A DNA stretch of 50,451 nucleotides from a virus (lineage: Duplodnaviria; Caudoviricetes): positions 1-50,451 of IMG/VR virus record IMGVR_UViG_3300031519_005637; one strand, 5' to 3'. The position numbers and the translations under genes were made by a program. The notes beneath the pieces are model-generated. The model was given only the letters and a program-made list of their open reading frames with translations. It searched no databases and was not told the DNA's origin. The first letter of the stretch is position 1. Each line of letters begins with the position of its first letter. Below are positions 25,756-35,712 of this stretch, one piece after another.

Positions 25756-27405
25756 ATGTTTTTAGCAATATTAACTCTCATTACAGCATTAGCAATTAGT
25801 GCTGTAGCAATATATTACTCGGTCGCAGGCCTTGTGGCAATTTTTGCCGCGGCAGCAATACCTATTATGATTATGGGCGGCGTACTAGAAGTGTCCAAAC
25901 TTGTTACCGCAGTATGGTTACATAAGTATTGGAAACAAGCAACGTGGTGGCTTAAAAGTTATCTAAGCATTGCTGTTATTGTTCTTATGTTTATTACTAG
26001 TATGGGCATCTTTGGATTCCTAAGTAAAGCACACATTGAACAAACAAGTGCAAGTGAAGAAAGTGTTGCTAGAGTAGAAACACTACAAAGTGAAATTGAT
26101 AGACAGCTAGGTATTGTAGGCAGAGCTGAAAATAGAGTACGTGCTTTAGAGTCAAGTGAAACAGGCGCAGATGCAAATGTACAAGAGCAAATTGACAAAG
26201 AACAAGAACGTATTGAATCAGCATACACACGTATTCAGCCTGCTATTAAAGAACAGAATACAATCATTGCTAATGTAACAGCACTATTCCAAAGTGAATT
26301 AGATAAGATTGACACAGAGTTAGACACGTTACAATCGTATATTGATGCAGGAGACATTGCTAAAGCACAAGGAATGATTGGGTCTAAAGCTGACGGCGAA
26401 TATGGACCAAAAACAGCGCAAGCATTTACCGACTTCCAAGAAGTTAAAAAAGTAGAGCGCAGTGAATGGATACAAAAGCTACAAGCGTCTGCTAACTCTC
26501 CAACAGTAACATCTGCCCGTACAGAAATAACACGACTACGTGATAATGCTGACAAACAAATTGCGCAATCAAATGTATTGATTAACCGACTACGTGACCA
26601 ACTAGGCGATACACAAAACCAAGATGATATCCAAAAGGCCATAGACGAGCAGTTCGAACGAGTCCGAATTGCGTCTTCTGAGATTGAAACCTTATCAGAA
26701 CAAAAGATTACACTTGAATCAGAATATCGTAAACTAGAGGCCGAAGTAGGTCCTATCAAGTATATTGCTGAATTTGTTTATGGCGAACAAGCAGATAAAA
26801 ATATGCTCGAAGAAGCTGTACGTTGGGTAATTGTAATTATTATCTTTGTGTTTGATCCACTTGCTGTCCTACTATTAATAGCCGCACAATATACCTTTGA
26901 CTTCCGTAGAAAAGAACTCGAAGATGACAACGGTGAACGTCTTCGGCTCGAGAGACAAGAGTTTGAACGAGCAAGAGCACAACGTATAGTTGATAACGTA
27001 CCTCCTCCTTCGGATCCTAGTAAAGAACCTGAAGAAATAGAAGTTCCTGTTTATGTTGACATTGACCAAGAAACAATAGACAAAGAGTTTGCTGAGACAA
27101 CAACCCTCATTGCTGACGATGAAATAACACTTAATGAAGATGTAAAACAAGATATCGCAAGAGAGTATTCTAAAGTAGAACCTCAAAAAAAAAGTTTAGA
27201 ATCTTCGGAAGAATCAAGTAACAAGGATATACCAGACACAGTAAACAGGATGTTTTATCCAGAAGAATTAGAATCTAAAACCTATGTGATGAAAGAAGAC
27301 GGGCAACAAGTCACAAAGGAAACAACAGTAAAATCTGAGGGCTATATACAAAACGAGGAACAACAAGATGGCTCAATATGGAACACACTAAAAAACTCAA
27401 AATAA
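25756..27405 (+). CDS. Membrane protein with long coiled coil and peptidoglycan-binding-like motif
   Basis: Three N-terminal TMs, coiled coil, ADGEYGPKTAQA, fourth TM (FVFDPLAV), acidic tail. Confidence 0.8.
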   Translation: MFLAILTLITALAISAVAIYYSVAGLVAIFAAAAIPIMIMGGVLEVSKLVTAVWLHKYWKQATWWLKSYLSIAVIVLMFITSMGIFGFLSKAHIEQTSASEESVARVETLQSEIDRQLGIVGRAENRVRALESSETGADANVQEQIDKEQERIESAYTRIQPAIKEQNTIIANVTALFQSELDKIDTELDTLQSYIDAGDIAKAQGMIGSKADGEYGPKTAQAFTDFQEVKKVERSEWIQKLQASANSPTVTSARTEITRLRDNADKQIAQSNVLINRLRDQLGDTQNQDDIQKAIDEQFERVRIASSEIETLSEQKITLESEYRKLEAEVGPIKYIAEFVYGEQADKNMLEEAVRWVIVIIIFVFDPLAVLLLIAAQYTFDFRRKELEDDNGERLRLERQEFERARAQRIVDNVPPPSDPSKEPEEIEVPVYVDIDQETIDKEFAETTTLIADDEITLNEDVKQDIAREYSKVEPQKKSLESSEESSNKDIPDTVNRMFYPEELESKTYVMKEDGQQVTKETTVKSEGYIQNEEQQDGSIWNTLKNSK

Positions 27406-27791
27406 ATTTAATCACGCCGCCAGACAAGTTAGATAATTATAATCTAACATTTACATTAGTATACCCTACTGATGATACAAAATCTCAGCTTCAAAATTTA
27501 ATTGAAAACTTTGATAAAGACCTTAATGTATATATGTATGAACAGTCTGATAGTGAAGCAACTATCAATTGGTTATTAGATATTGTACATAGGAGTGACT
27601 ATGTTGTTCTTGACATAGATAACTTTGCACCAAAACACGTAGATATAATTTCCTATTTATTAGGCCATTCTAATGTTTACTGGTTGACAAAAGGTGAGAA
27701 TGTAGTGTATAATATACTAAGTAAAAACAGAATATATAACCTTGATTGGTTATACAACTCAATAGGAGAACAACTTGAGACAACACAATAA
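27378..27791 (+). CDS. Hypothetical protein
   Basis: 137 aa ORF. Confidence 0.75.
   Translation: MEHTKKLKINLITPPDKLDNYNLTFTLVYPTDDTKSQLQNLIENFDKDLNVYMYEQSDSEATINWLLDIVHRSDYVVLDIDNFAPKHVDIISYLLGHSNVYWLTKGENVVYNILSKNRIYNLDWLYNSIGEQLETTQ
27684..27713 (+). promoter_or_regulatory. Gene-internal sigma70-like promoter upstream of bS21
   Basis: TTGACA-N18-TATAAT. Confidence 0.6.
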
Positions 27792-28089
27792 TAACGGAAG
27801 TTATAATAATAATAGAAACAGTAGTTACAATAAAAGTTCTACCGATAAGCCGAAAAGTGGTTTAACTGTAGAAGTTCGTAATGGTGATGTAACCAAAGCA
27901 TTAAGAATTTTTAAGAAGAAAGTTGCAGAAGCTGGAATTATTCAAGAAGTACGTGATCGCCAAGAGTTTGTTAAGCCTAGCAAGAAACGTGCTAGAGCAA
28001 AAGCTGCCGGTATTGCACGTTGGAGAAAGAAAGTGCGTGACGGAGAACTAGAAGGACTACGTCCTACTAGTAAATCTAAAAGGCGTTAA
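27775..28089 (+). CDS. rpsU: Ribosomal protein bS21 with Asn-rich N-terminal extension
   Basis: VRNGDVTKALRIFKKK..GII.E..RQEFVKPS. Confidence 0.88.
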   Translation: MRQHNNNGSYNNNRNSSYNKSSTDKPKSGLTVEVRNGDVTKALRIFKKKVAEAGIIQEVRDRQEFVKPSKKRARAKAAGIARWRKKVRDGELEGLRPTSKSKRR

Positions 28090-28092
28090 GCA

Positions 28093-28671
28093 ATGGCAAT
28101 GCACACGGAACTATGGTTTCCTAGTGTAATCTGGAGCTCAGTTATACACATAGTTGATAATGCAGACGTTAAAGCCTTTGCATATCATTTGCAGGAAGAG
28201 AACCAAGGTCGTACTGTTAGTAACTATGGCGGATTTCAAAGTCAAAATTTAAACAGTGGCCAATGTGTAGCTATTGATCGGCTTGTAAAACTCCTAAATG
28301 AAGAAATGAATACTTGTGCAAATCAAGTAGGAATGAAAAATTTAGAAATACAAAACTTATGGATCAATATAAATCCTCCAGGTAGTTACAATGAATTACA
28401 CAATCACGTAGGTAGTGTACTAAGCGGAGTTTATTATGTTGACGCAAGTGACGATCAAGGTAATATACAGTTTGAACGAAGCGACGGCGCCGAATATCAT
28501 ATTCCTGATGATATAGGAACAGCAACATACTATACAAGTTCTCGAGCAACGTATGCTGGGAAAACTAATGCATTATATATTTTTCCTGGTTGGCTAAAAC
28601 ACAGTGTGCAAGGTAATAGATCGACTACAGATAGAATATCAATAAGTTTTAATTACGGAGAGAAAGTATGA
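28093..28671 (+). CDS. 2OG-Fe(II) oxygenase (TIGR02466-like)
   Basis: [31 protein letters not shown]. Confidence 0.9.
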   Translation: MAMHTELWFPSVIWSSVIHIVDNADVKAFAYHLQEENQGRTVSNYGGFQSQNLNSGQCVAIDRLVKLLNEEMNTCANQVGMKNLEIQNLWININPPGSYNELHNHVGSVLSGVYYVDASDDQGNIQFERSDGAEYHIPDDIGTATYYTSSRATYAGKTNALYIFPGWLKHSVQGNRSTTDRISISFNYGEKV

Positions 28672-29786
28672 GAATTGACGAAGACGTAAAATTAGACTAT
28701 AAGGATGTTCTTATACGTCCTAAGCGTAGCACACTAGGTAGCCGTAAGGATGTAGACCTAGAACGTGGATACACATTCCGTAACTATAAGCCAGAATTTC
28801 CAGACAACATTGACCATAGGCACTGGCGAGGCACGCCTGTTATGGCAGCAAATATGGATGGTGTTGGGACATTTGAAATGGCAGACGTGTTAGCCACAGC
28901 AGGTATTTTTACTTGCTTAGTTAAGACATACAGTGCAGAACAACTTGTAGAATATTTTGACACAGATATGTACGAGCGCACAAACTATGTTGCAATGAGT
29001 ATTGGTATTACTGATAAGGATTACGATAAGTTTTGTAAGGTATACGAACAGGCAGATGGCAATCTAAAATATGTTTGTATTGATGTTGCTAACGGATACA
29101 GCAACAGATTTAGAGATTTTGTTGCAGACTTTAGAATCTCGTATCCACATATTGTAATTATAGCAGGTAATGTAGTAACAGGCGAAATGACCGAGGAACT
29201 AATCCTTGCAGGAGCAGACATTGTTAAAGTTGGGATTGGGCCTGGTAGTGTTTGTACTACTAGGATACAGACTGGTGTTGGATACCCGCAGCTATCAGCT
29301 GTCATTGAGTGCGCTGATGCCGCTCACGGTCTTGGGGGACACATTATTGCTGACGGCGGTTGTACTTGTCCTGGAGATGTAGCAAAAGCATTTGCAGCCG
29401 GTGCTGACTTTGTAATGCTAGGCGGTATGCTTGCTGGACACGATGAAGGTGGCGGTGACGTTATTACTAAAAGGTATATGACTAATGAAATGTCAACTGG
29501 CACAACCAATAAAATAGAAGAAAAACAGTTTGTGCAGTTCTACGGTATGAGTAGTGATGCCGCAAACACAAAGCATTTTGGTGGACTTAAAGACTATCGT
29601 TCATCAGAAGGTCGTGAAGTACTTGTTCCTTACAGAGGAGAAGTAGCGGCTACAGTGCAGGACTTGCTAGGCGGATTGCGTAGCACTTGCACATACGCAG
29701 GCGCAGAAAGATTAAAGAATTTGAGCAAGTGTACCACCTTTGTTCGTTGTACACAACAATTTAACGCAGTTTACGCAGGAAAGTAA
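28668..29786 (+). CDS. guaC: GMP reductase
   Basis: [44 protein letters not shown]. Confidence 0.96.
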   Translation: MRIDEDVKLDYKDVLIRPKRSTLGSRKDVDLERGYTFRNYKPEFPDNIDHRHWRGTPVMAANMDGVGTFEMADVLATAGIFTCLVKTYSAEQLVEYFDTDMYERTNYVAMSIGITDKDYDKFCKVYEQADGNLKYVCIDVANGYSNRFRDFVADFRISYPHIVIIAGNVVTGEMTEELILAGADIVKVGIGPGSVCTTRIQTGVGYPQLSAVIECADAAHGLGGHIIADGGCTCPGDVAKAFAAGADFVMLGGMLAGHDEGGGDVITKRYMTNEMSTGTTNKIEEKQFVQFYGMSSDAANTKHFGGLKDYRSSEGREVLVPYRGEVAATVQDLLGGLRSTCTYAGAERLKNLSKCTTFVRCTQQFNAVYAGK

Positions 29787-29790
29787 TTTA

Positions 29791-30828
29791 ATGGATTTAA
29801 GTATTTTATATAGCGGGCAAGTTTATCTTTTTCTAATTGTATTTGTAATGATGATTGCAGGTATGATAAAAGAGAACGACTTGTTCAAAGACATCTTCTG
29901 TTTCTTTGAACAGAATTTAAAAAGTAAGAAAGCGGTAGTTGCTATTGTAAGTGCCCTAACAGGACTACTACCTATCAAAGGTCGTGTTACAGTTAGTGCT
30001 GGAATGTTAGACACACTTGCACCTGACAAAGGTTGTTGCGGGCGAGAAAAGTTTGGACCAATTGATTATGTAAGCACACACCACTACTACTTTTGGTCAC
30101 CACTAGAGAAAACAGTTATTCTGCCAATGGCGGCGTTCGGACTAAGTTATGGTGCATTTATGAGTATGATGTGGCCATTGCTTGCTGTAAGTATTGCTTT
30201 TATTCTCGGCTACTTGATATGGGGTGTTAAAGAAAGTGATATTCAATTAAAAGATTGTGGGACAGAAATTAAAGTAAGTCGTATCACACGTTATGTATTT
30301 CCATACATTGCAGGTGTAGTTGCTATTGTAGCTGGCGTAGACTTTATGTGGTCATTTGGATTGCTTACATTGTATTATATGTTTTGTACAGCAACATTTG
30401 ATATTAAGAAGTTACTAGGTTATGTTGACTGGAAACTTATAGGCTGGGTAGCTCTTATTATTGCTCTAGCTAACTTTGCTGTCTCTAATACAGAAGCAAT
30501 TAAAACAGGATTAGAAAGTACAGGATTGGACATTAATACTCCGCTTGGCTTTATTGGTCTTAGTGTGTTTAGTTTCTTAGGTGCATTTGCACTAGGAAGC
30601 AGTTCACGCTTTGGTGCTATCACAGTGTTGATGGCAAGTATATATGGATTGGAGTATCTTCCTTGGTTCTTTGCAGTAGACTTTGTAGGCTATCTAATTA
30701 GCCCTATGCACAAGTGCGTAGCAATTGGTATGCTGTACTTTGGAACTAAGTTGAGATATTACATTACTATATTAGGCTTATGGGGTGGATTAGTAATCGC
30801 CGCCGCTGGGTTGACATTACTCATTTAA
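29791..30828 (+). CDS. Multi-pass permease, DUF401 / IT-superfamily-like
   Basis: About 10 TM helices; GLLP, WSP and SPMHKC motifs. Confidence 0.6.
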   Translation: MDLSILYSGQVYLFLIVFVMMIAGMIKENDLFKDIFCFFEQNLKSKKAVVAIVSALTGLLPIKGRVTVSAGMLDTLAPDKGCCGREKFGPIDYVSTHHYYFWSPLEKTVILPMAAFGLSYGAFMSMMWPLLAVSIAFILGYLIWGVKESDIQLKDCGTEIKVSRITRYVFPYIAGVVAIVAGVDFMWSFGLLTLYYMFCTATFDIKKLLGYVDWKLIGWVALIIALANFAVSNTEAIKTGLESTGLDINTPLGFIGLSVFSFLGAFALGSSSRFGAITVLMASIYGLEYLPWFFAVDFVGYLISPMHKCVAIGMLYFGTKLRYYITILGLWGGLVIAAAGLTLLI

Positions 30829-30839
30829 GAATGTATACT
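30811..30839 (+). promoter_or_regulatory. Sigma70-like promoter
   Basis: TTGACA-N17-TATACT. Confidence 0.65.
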
Positions 30840-30865
30840 TAATAAAAAAACTTTATAAGGATAAT

Positions 30866-31459
30866 ATGAAAAATTTAATAATCGCAGGACTACTTGCATT
30901 TTTTGCAATAACTGCTGTTAGTGCAAATGACTTCAACTATACTGAAGTAAACACTTTTTTAAAACACAAAGATAGCGGAGTTACATTAGGCTTTAGAGAA
31001 AATATCAATTTAGATGTATCACAAATTATATTAAGGAAAGACTTTGATGGAACTCCTTATAGACTAGAATACAGAAATGTACAAAAAGGTAACCAAGAAG
31101 AACACTGGATAAGAGCCCAGATGAAAGGTTTCCAACAAGGTGCTCTATGGTACAATCACAGAGTTGAACATCGTGTTAGAGAAGGAAAAGATAATGTATT
31201 TCGTTATCGACCACAGTTTGGTTTCAAACCAGCCTATCTTACTATTTTAGGTGGCAAACCTTTTATAACATTAGAACCACAGTGGAATTATAATTATAAT
31301 TCTAAAGAAGCAAGCTATAGTCATCTACAAACGTTTACAGGCATTGAGTACATAGTAAATGATAAGTTTACAGTTGTACCATATCTTGAAGTTGACTTCG
31401 ATACAAACTTCAATAAAGATGTTGCTTTCTTTATTGTTGATTTCAAAATGAAATTGTAA
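30866..31459 (+). CDS. Small outer-membrane beta-barrel (DUF2490/KdgM-like)
   Basis: Signal peptide; amphipathic strands, HRVEHR..FRYR. Confidence 0.6.
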   Translation: MKNLIIAGLLAFFAITAVSANDFNYTEVNTFLKHKDSGVTLGFRENINLDVSQIILRKDFDGTPYRLEYRNVQKGNQEEHWIRAQMKGFQQGALWYNHRVEHRVREGKDNVFRYRPQFGFKPAYLTILGGKPFITLEPQWNYNYNSKEASYSHLQTFTGIEYIVNDKFTVVPYLEVDFDTNFNKDVAFFIVDFKMKL

Positions 31460-31483
31460 TAAAATAACAAAGGTAATTAATAT

Positions 31484-31774
31484 ATGAAATTAAGAGCAAT
31501 TCAAGACAAAGTTATTGTTAAAGCACAAGATGCTGAAAAAGAAACATCAGGTGGCATTATCATTGCAAATGCACAAAACGAAGGAATTACAAAAGGACAA
31601 GTACTATCAATCGGCCCAGGTGCATACGATGAAACTAGCAACAAATTTATTGCTACAACAACGCAAGTAGGAGATATGATATTATTTAATCTAGGTGGTG
31701 GAGTTGCATTTACACACAACGACGAAGAATACGTAACTATTACCGAAAAAGAAATAATTGCAGTCGTAGCGTGA
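31484..31774 (+). CDS. groES: Co-chaperonin GroES
   Basis: DKVIVK, ETSGGII, GPG, VGD, EKEIIA. Confidence 0.92.
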   Translation: MKLRAIQDKVIVKAQDAEKETSGGIIIANAQNEGITKGQVLSIGPGAYDETSNKFIATTTQVGDMILFNLGGGVAFTHNDEEYVTITEKEIIAVVA

Positions 31775-31779
31775 TAAAT

Positions 31780-31871
31780 AAAAGTGTAGAAAGGACTGAT
31801 TCTTTTTTACACTTAACTGGCACGCCGAAAGGGTGCTAAATTTAAATCTTGCTTATTATAAGGAGAAAACA
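31780..31871 (+). promoter_or_regulatory. ROSE-like RNA thermometer leader
   Basis: Two upstream hairpins, then TCTTGCTT pairing with AAGGAGA SD, upstream of an sHsp gene. Confidence 0.7.
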
Positions 31872-32333
31872 ATGACAAGACTAACAACTCTAGACCTACC
31901 ACAATTCCACAGAGCTACTATTGGCTTTGACAGACTATTTAATGAACTCGAAAGAGGCTTTGCAAACAGTCCAAACGGAAATGGTTATCCCCCATACAAC
32001 ATCGCACAAGTCAACGAAGACGAGTATATGATCTCTCTTGCGGTTGCTGGCTTTGGTATGGACAATCTTGAGATTACTAAAGACGGTGATCAACTACAGA
32101 TTGTAGGAACTGCTCCTAAGGGAAACGAAACAGTAAACTACCTACACAAGGGCATCGGCGGGCGCAACTTCCGCAGAGAGTTTACCCTTGCTGACCACGT
32201 TAATGTAGCAGGCGCAACACTAGAATTAGGTATGCTTAATGTACACCTAGTACGTGAAGTACCAGAAGCATTAAAACCAAAGACGATTGAAATTAGAGAT
32301 AATTCGGTAATCGAAGGTAAAAAAGGCAAGTAA
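31872..32333 (+). CDS. Small heat shock protein (Hsp20/IbpA-like)
   Basis: IGFDRLF, YPPYNI, LAVAGF, YLHKGI, FRREFTLA. Confidence 0.95.
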   Translation: MTRLTTLDLPQFHRATIGFDRLFNELERGFANSPNGNGYPPYNIAQVNEDEYMISLAVAGFGMDNLEITKDGDQLQIVGTAPKGNETVNYLHKGIGGRNFRREFTLADHVNVAGATLELGMLNVHLVREVPEALKPKTIEIRDNSVIEGKKGK

Positions 32334-32384
32334 TTGTCTAGGGGGAGTGAAATATCTCCCCCACTTTATAATTAGGAGAATTAA

Positions 32385-32696
32385 ATGAGTACCGAATTTG
32401 TTAATGACGTACAGATTGACGAAGTAGTAAAAAAGAAAGCTGAAGAACCTTTGAGATACAAAGTGGTGTTGCTTAACGATGACCAGACACCAGTTGAGTG
32501 GGTAATCAAAGTACTTGTGGATATTTTTAAACACACAAACGATACTGCTGAAAAAATTACACTAACCATTCATAACGAAGGTTCGGGTATTGCTGGCATA
32601 TATACGTATGAGATAGCTGAACAAAAGACAATCGAAGCTACAACAGAAAGCAGGAATCACGGATTTCCATTGCAGATTAAATTGGAGGAAGAATGA
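32385..32696 (+). CDS. clpS: Clp protease adaptor ClpS
   Basis: YKVVLLNDDQTP, IHNEG, EIAE, FPL. Confidence 0.93.
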   Translation: MSTEFVNDVQIDEVVKKKAEEPLRYKVVLLNDDQTPVEWVIKVLVDIFKHTNDTAEKITLTIHNEGSGIAGIYTYEIAEQKTIEATTESRNHGFPLQIKLEEE

Positions 32697-33274
32697 GCAA
32701 ACTTAAAGAGCTTACTTGGGAACATCACAAGAACGCAGAAAGACAAGAATTTGCATCACTAATGATGAGTGGGAAATTGCATCCAGACTTATATGCAACT
32801 TACCTTTGGAACCAACATAAAAAATACGACCTATTAGAAGCAATGTGCGGAGCACACGGCATCTTCTCTGAGCTTGGACAAAATTTATCACGTAAACTTT
32901 TTATTGAAGAAGACTTTAGAGAGCTGTGGCATCACGACGCAGAGCCAAAACTAGTTGCAAGTACAATTAATTATCTTCAACATATGCGAGATATAATGCA
33001 CGACCGAGATGCACTTATGGCACACGTTTATGTATTGTATATGGGTGATATGAGTGGTGGCCAAATGATTAAAAAGAAAATCCCAGGTGAAGGCCGAATG
33101 TATGACTTTGAAGGTGATATACCTGCGATTAAAGATAAAATTAGAGAACTTACTACAGACGATATGGCAGACGAAGCAAAATGGGTTTTTGACTCGGCTA
33201 CGCAACTTTTTCAAGAATTAATGGAGTTAGACCTTGAGCATACTTTGGAACCATCTGATACAGTGTCAGAATGA
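32693..33274 (+). CDS. hemO: Heme oxygenase
   Basis: LKELTWEHHKNAE, AHVYVLYMGDMSGGQ. Confidence 0.92.
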   Translation: MSKLKELTWEHHKNAERQEFASLMMSGKLHPDLYATYLWNQHKKYDLLEAMCGAHGIFSELGQNLSRKLFIEEDFRELWHHDAEPKLVASTINYLQHMRDIMHDRDALMAHVYVLYMGDMSGGQMIKKKIPGEGRMYDFEGDIPAIKDKIRELTTDDMADEAKWVFDSATQLFQELMELDLEHTLEPSDTVSE

Positions 33275-33926
33275 CATTATAGATATTTTTAACGATCGGG
33301 CAGTAGAATTTGACGAACCTGGTCTAGCACACTTTAATAGTGATACTTGGGTTAATAGAGTATGGCACAACGATAGTGTACGTAGAGCGCACATAGACGT
33401 TGTAGATGCTCGCGAGTCAAGAGGCTTGTGGATGATGCACGTATGCGTATTTCCTGTGCTTGACAACAATGGTCCTATATATGGATTTGATGTTATTGCA
33501 GGCAAGAACAAAATGACAGGTGCATTCCACGATTTTAGTGCAAGTAGCGGCGGAGAAGACCATCCAATGATTGATGGCTACAAAGAAGCAGTAGCAGAAT
33601 TTATTCCTAGTAAACAAAGACAGTTGCCAGAATGGGCAACTAACATCTTTACAGATAAAATGCTTGCCGCAGGTAACGTAAGCTCTGAAGAAGAAGCTGT
33701 TGCTATTATTGATCTAGCATTAAATAATCTACGTGCATACTTTGATGAGATAGGTGAGTTTGACGGCACAGGTGATAGAGATATAACTATTGCTGCACAA
33801 AACTATTACTGTGAAAACCAGCAACAAAATCCACATACTCCTCGTACAATGAAGAGCCTAGGACTTGATGAAGCAGACGTAGATAAGTTTTGTACTGATA
33901 TGCTGTTTCCTAAGATAAATACTTAA
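33234..33926 (+). CDS. pcyX: Ferredoxin-dependent bilin reductase, PcyA/PcyX family
   Basis: RRAH, MHVCVFP, PIYGFD, HDFS, NQQQNPHT; directly follows heme oxygenase. Confidence 0.8.
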   Translation: MSILWNHLIQCQNDIIDIFNDRAVEFDEPGLAHFNSDTWVNRVWHNDSVRRAHIDVVDARESRGLWMMHVCVFPVLDNNGPIYGFDVIAGKNKMTGAFHDFSASSGGEDHPMIDGYKEAVAEFIPSKQRQLPEWATNIFTDKMLAAGNVSSEEEAVAIIDLALNNLRAYFDEIGEFDGTGDRDITIAAQNYYCENQQQNPHTPRTMKSLGLDEADVDKFCTDMLFPKINT

Positions 33927-33945
33927 AAGAAATAGGAAACTTCTA

Positions 33946-35349
33946 ATGCGTTTTAATGAATTCAAGATTGTACGGTCAAAAGTAATATCCGAAGCAAAAG
34001 GTTTTTTTGGTAGAGACGCCGGAGATAAATTTACACATCAAGATGGCAGAGAATATGCTATTGTACAAGTAGTTGCATTTCCTGATGCAAAGCAGAGTAA
34101 ATTTGAATCACCTGAAGAGCGTGATGACGTTATTGATCAGTTTCAAGAAGAACACGGTGAAATAAAAATTGAATGGGTTAACAAGCCTGCTTCAAATATG
34201 CTTTCATTTGGTATTGCACAATTAGACGACCAAGATGGCAACCACGTATTCTGGGGCAAGTATATGCAACAGGTAGGCTTTGACTTAATGGGTAGTTGGG
34301 CCAATAAACAAACTCCTCCAGGATGGGCTCTACAAACTAAAGGAGCAAAAAAGTTTGCTGCTGGTTTTGACCCACAAGCACTAATTCGTACTGAAAATGA
34401 ATTCCAAGGTATTGATTCAATTATTAATACTGTTGAGAAAAACTCACAAGACCAAGTTAAAGATGTATTTAAAGAAGCTCTACAAAATCTAGCACAAGGA
34501 CGTGGCGAAATTGTATTTCCACAAATGTACGAGCAACAAGCAGCCATTCGTGATTACTTTGGCGAAGTTATGCAACCTGTTGCACTAATGGGCGGTGTGA
34601 TTAAAGGACAAGCTGAAGATGCTAGACAAGTATTAGCAGACGGTGCTGAATGGCGCGACTGTAGAGTTATGTGGCCAATGAGTATGAATGCTGCCCTGTG
34701 TGATAGTTTTATGATTGCACCCAACGGCGCACAAATTGGTATCAGTTCAAAAGGTGGACAAGGTGCTGCCGCAAGTTCAAAGAATTTACACGATGCTGTT
34801 CTTAAAGCACGTAAGAACGGTAATGACATTGTTGAAAAAGGTGGAGTAGCAGAGTTTGCTGCAAAACTAGTAGGTGTTATTGCTGGAAATAGTCAGTATG
34901 AAGGTCCTATTGAAGTAGGTAAAATGTTAGGCATTGAAGGCATCGACGATACACTAGGTGCAGAAATTAAAAAATATATCAAAGAAGGTAAGACAGATTT
35001 AAACGATATGTCACCACAAGCACAAAAGATTGCCGAACCGTTTGCATTTAAACTAGAAACTAAAGGATTTAATACAGGATATGCATTACTAAGTGCAGCA
35101 AGTAAAACTTGTGCTAAATTAGTAAATGCAGATGACAACTTTAGTAAAGGTGCTATTGCGCTACTAAATCAATCAGACATTATTCAATTATATACTAAGA
35201 TGGGTAAAAGAGGCGACGATGCTGTACTAGGTGAATTTAAAGCAGTTTATCCACCAACGTTCTCAGGCAGAGTATTACTTGAAGGTGGCAAGAACTATTA
35301 TAGTTCGCGTGTTGGTGGCAAGATGGCCTTTGCTATTGGCAAAAAATAA
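33946..35349 (+). CDS. Late protein with restriction-endonuclease-like (PD-(D/E)XK) motifs
   Basis: DYFGE...LCD...ISSK; TAAATA upstream; fold inferred. Confidence 0.5.
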   Translation: MRFNEFKIVRSKVISEAKGFFGRDAGDKFTHQDGREYAIVQVVAFPDAKQSKFESPEERDDVIDQFQEEHGEIKIEWVNKPASNMLSFGIAQLDDQDGNHVFWGKYMQQVGFDLMGSWANKQTPPGWALQTKGAKKFAAGFDPQALIRTENEFQGIDSIINTVEKNSQDQVKDVFKEALQNLAQGRGEIVFPQMYEQQAAIRDYFGEVMQPVALMGGVIKGQAEDARQVLADGAEWRDCRVMWPMSMNAALCDSFMIAPNGAQIGISSKGGQGAAASSKNLHDAVLKARKNGNDIVEKGGVAEFAAKLVGVIAGNSQYEGPIEVGKMLGIEGIDDTLGAEIKKYIKEGKTDLNDMSPQAQKIAEPFAFKLETKGFNTGYALLSAASKTCAKLVNADDNFSKGAIALLNQSDIIQLYTKMGKRGDDAVLGEFKAVYPPTFSGRVLLEGGKNYYSSRVGGKMAFAIGKK

Positions 35350-35352
35350 AAA

Positions 35353-35619
35353 CTAATAAGATAATTTATATTTTTTCATTTTAGCAATTAGTGCAGTGCG
35401 TCCTACATCTAAGGATTGCGCTGCTTTTGTTTGATTACCACTTGCTAATGCTAGTGCATTTATAATCCGTTCACGTTCTAAAGTTTCTAGTTCTTGAGCT
35501 AAACTGTATTGTGTTTCTTCGGGCAATATTTCTCCCCACATAGTATCAAACATATTAAAAAAATAGGCTTGTTCTGCCACTCTTTGGTTTTTTTCTTTAT
35601 CAGTTTCTCGCTTAAACAT
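35353..35619 (-). CDS. Fis-type helix-turn-helix protein
   Basis: ERERIINAL..GNQTKAA.SL.VGRTAL..KMKKY. Confidence 0.88.
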   Translation of the reverse strand: MFKRETDKEKNQRVAEQAYFFNMFDTMWGEILPEETQYSLAQELETLERERIINALALASGNQTKAAQSLDVGRTALIAKMKKYKLSY

Positions 35620-35712
35620 TTTAATTTCCTCTGTCTTCTATTTTTGATAAAAATCTGTTAAATACATATGGGCGATACTCAATTAAGAATATCACTTAAA
35701 AAGGAGCATTTT

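Noticed and set aside
31817-31839. CIRCE-like inverted repeat before hsp20
   Set aside because: Spacer is 5 nt rather than 9 and the left arm has three mismatches; better read as a GAAA-capped hairpin of the ROSE-like leader
35668-35712. Leaderless start for csgF at 35668
   Set aside because: ATG at 35713 has an AAGGAG SD and begins a clean signal peptide
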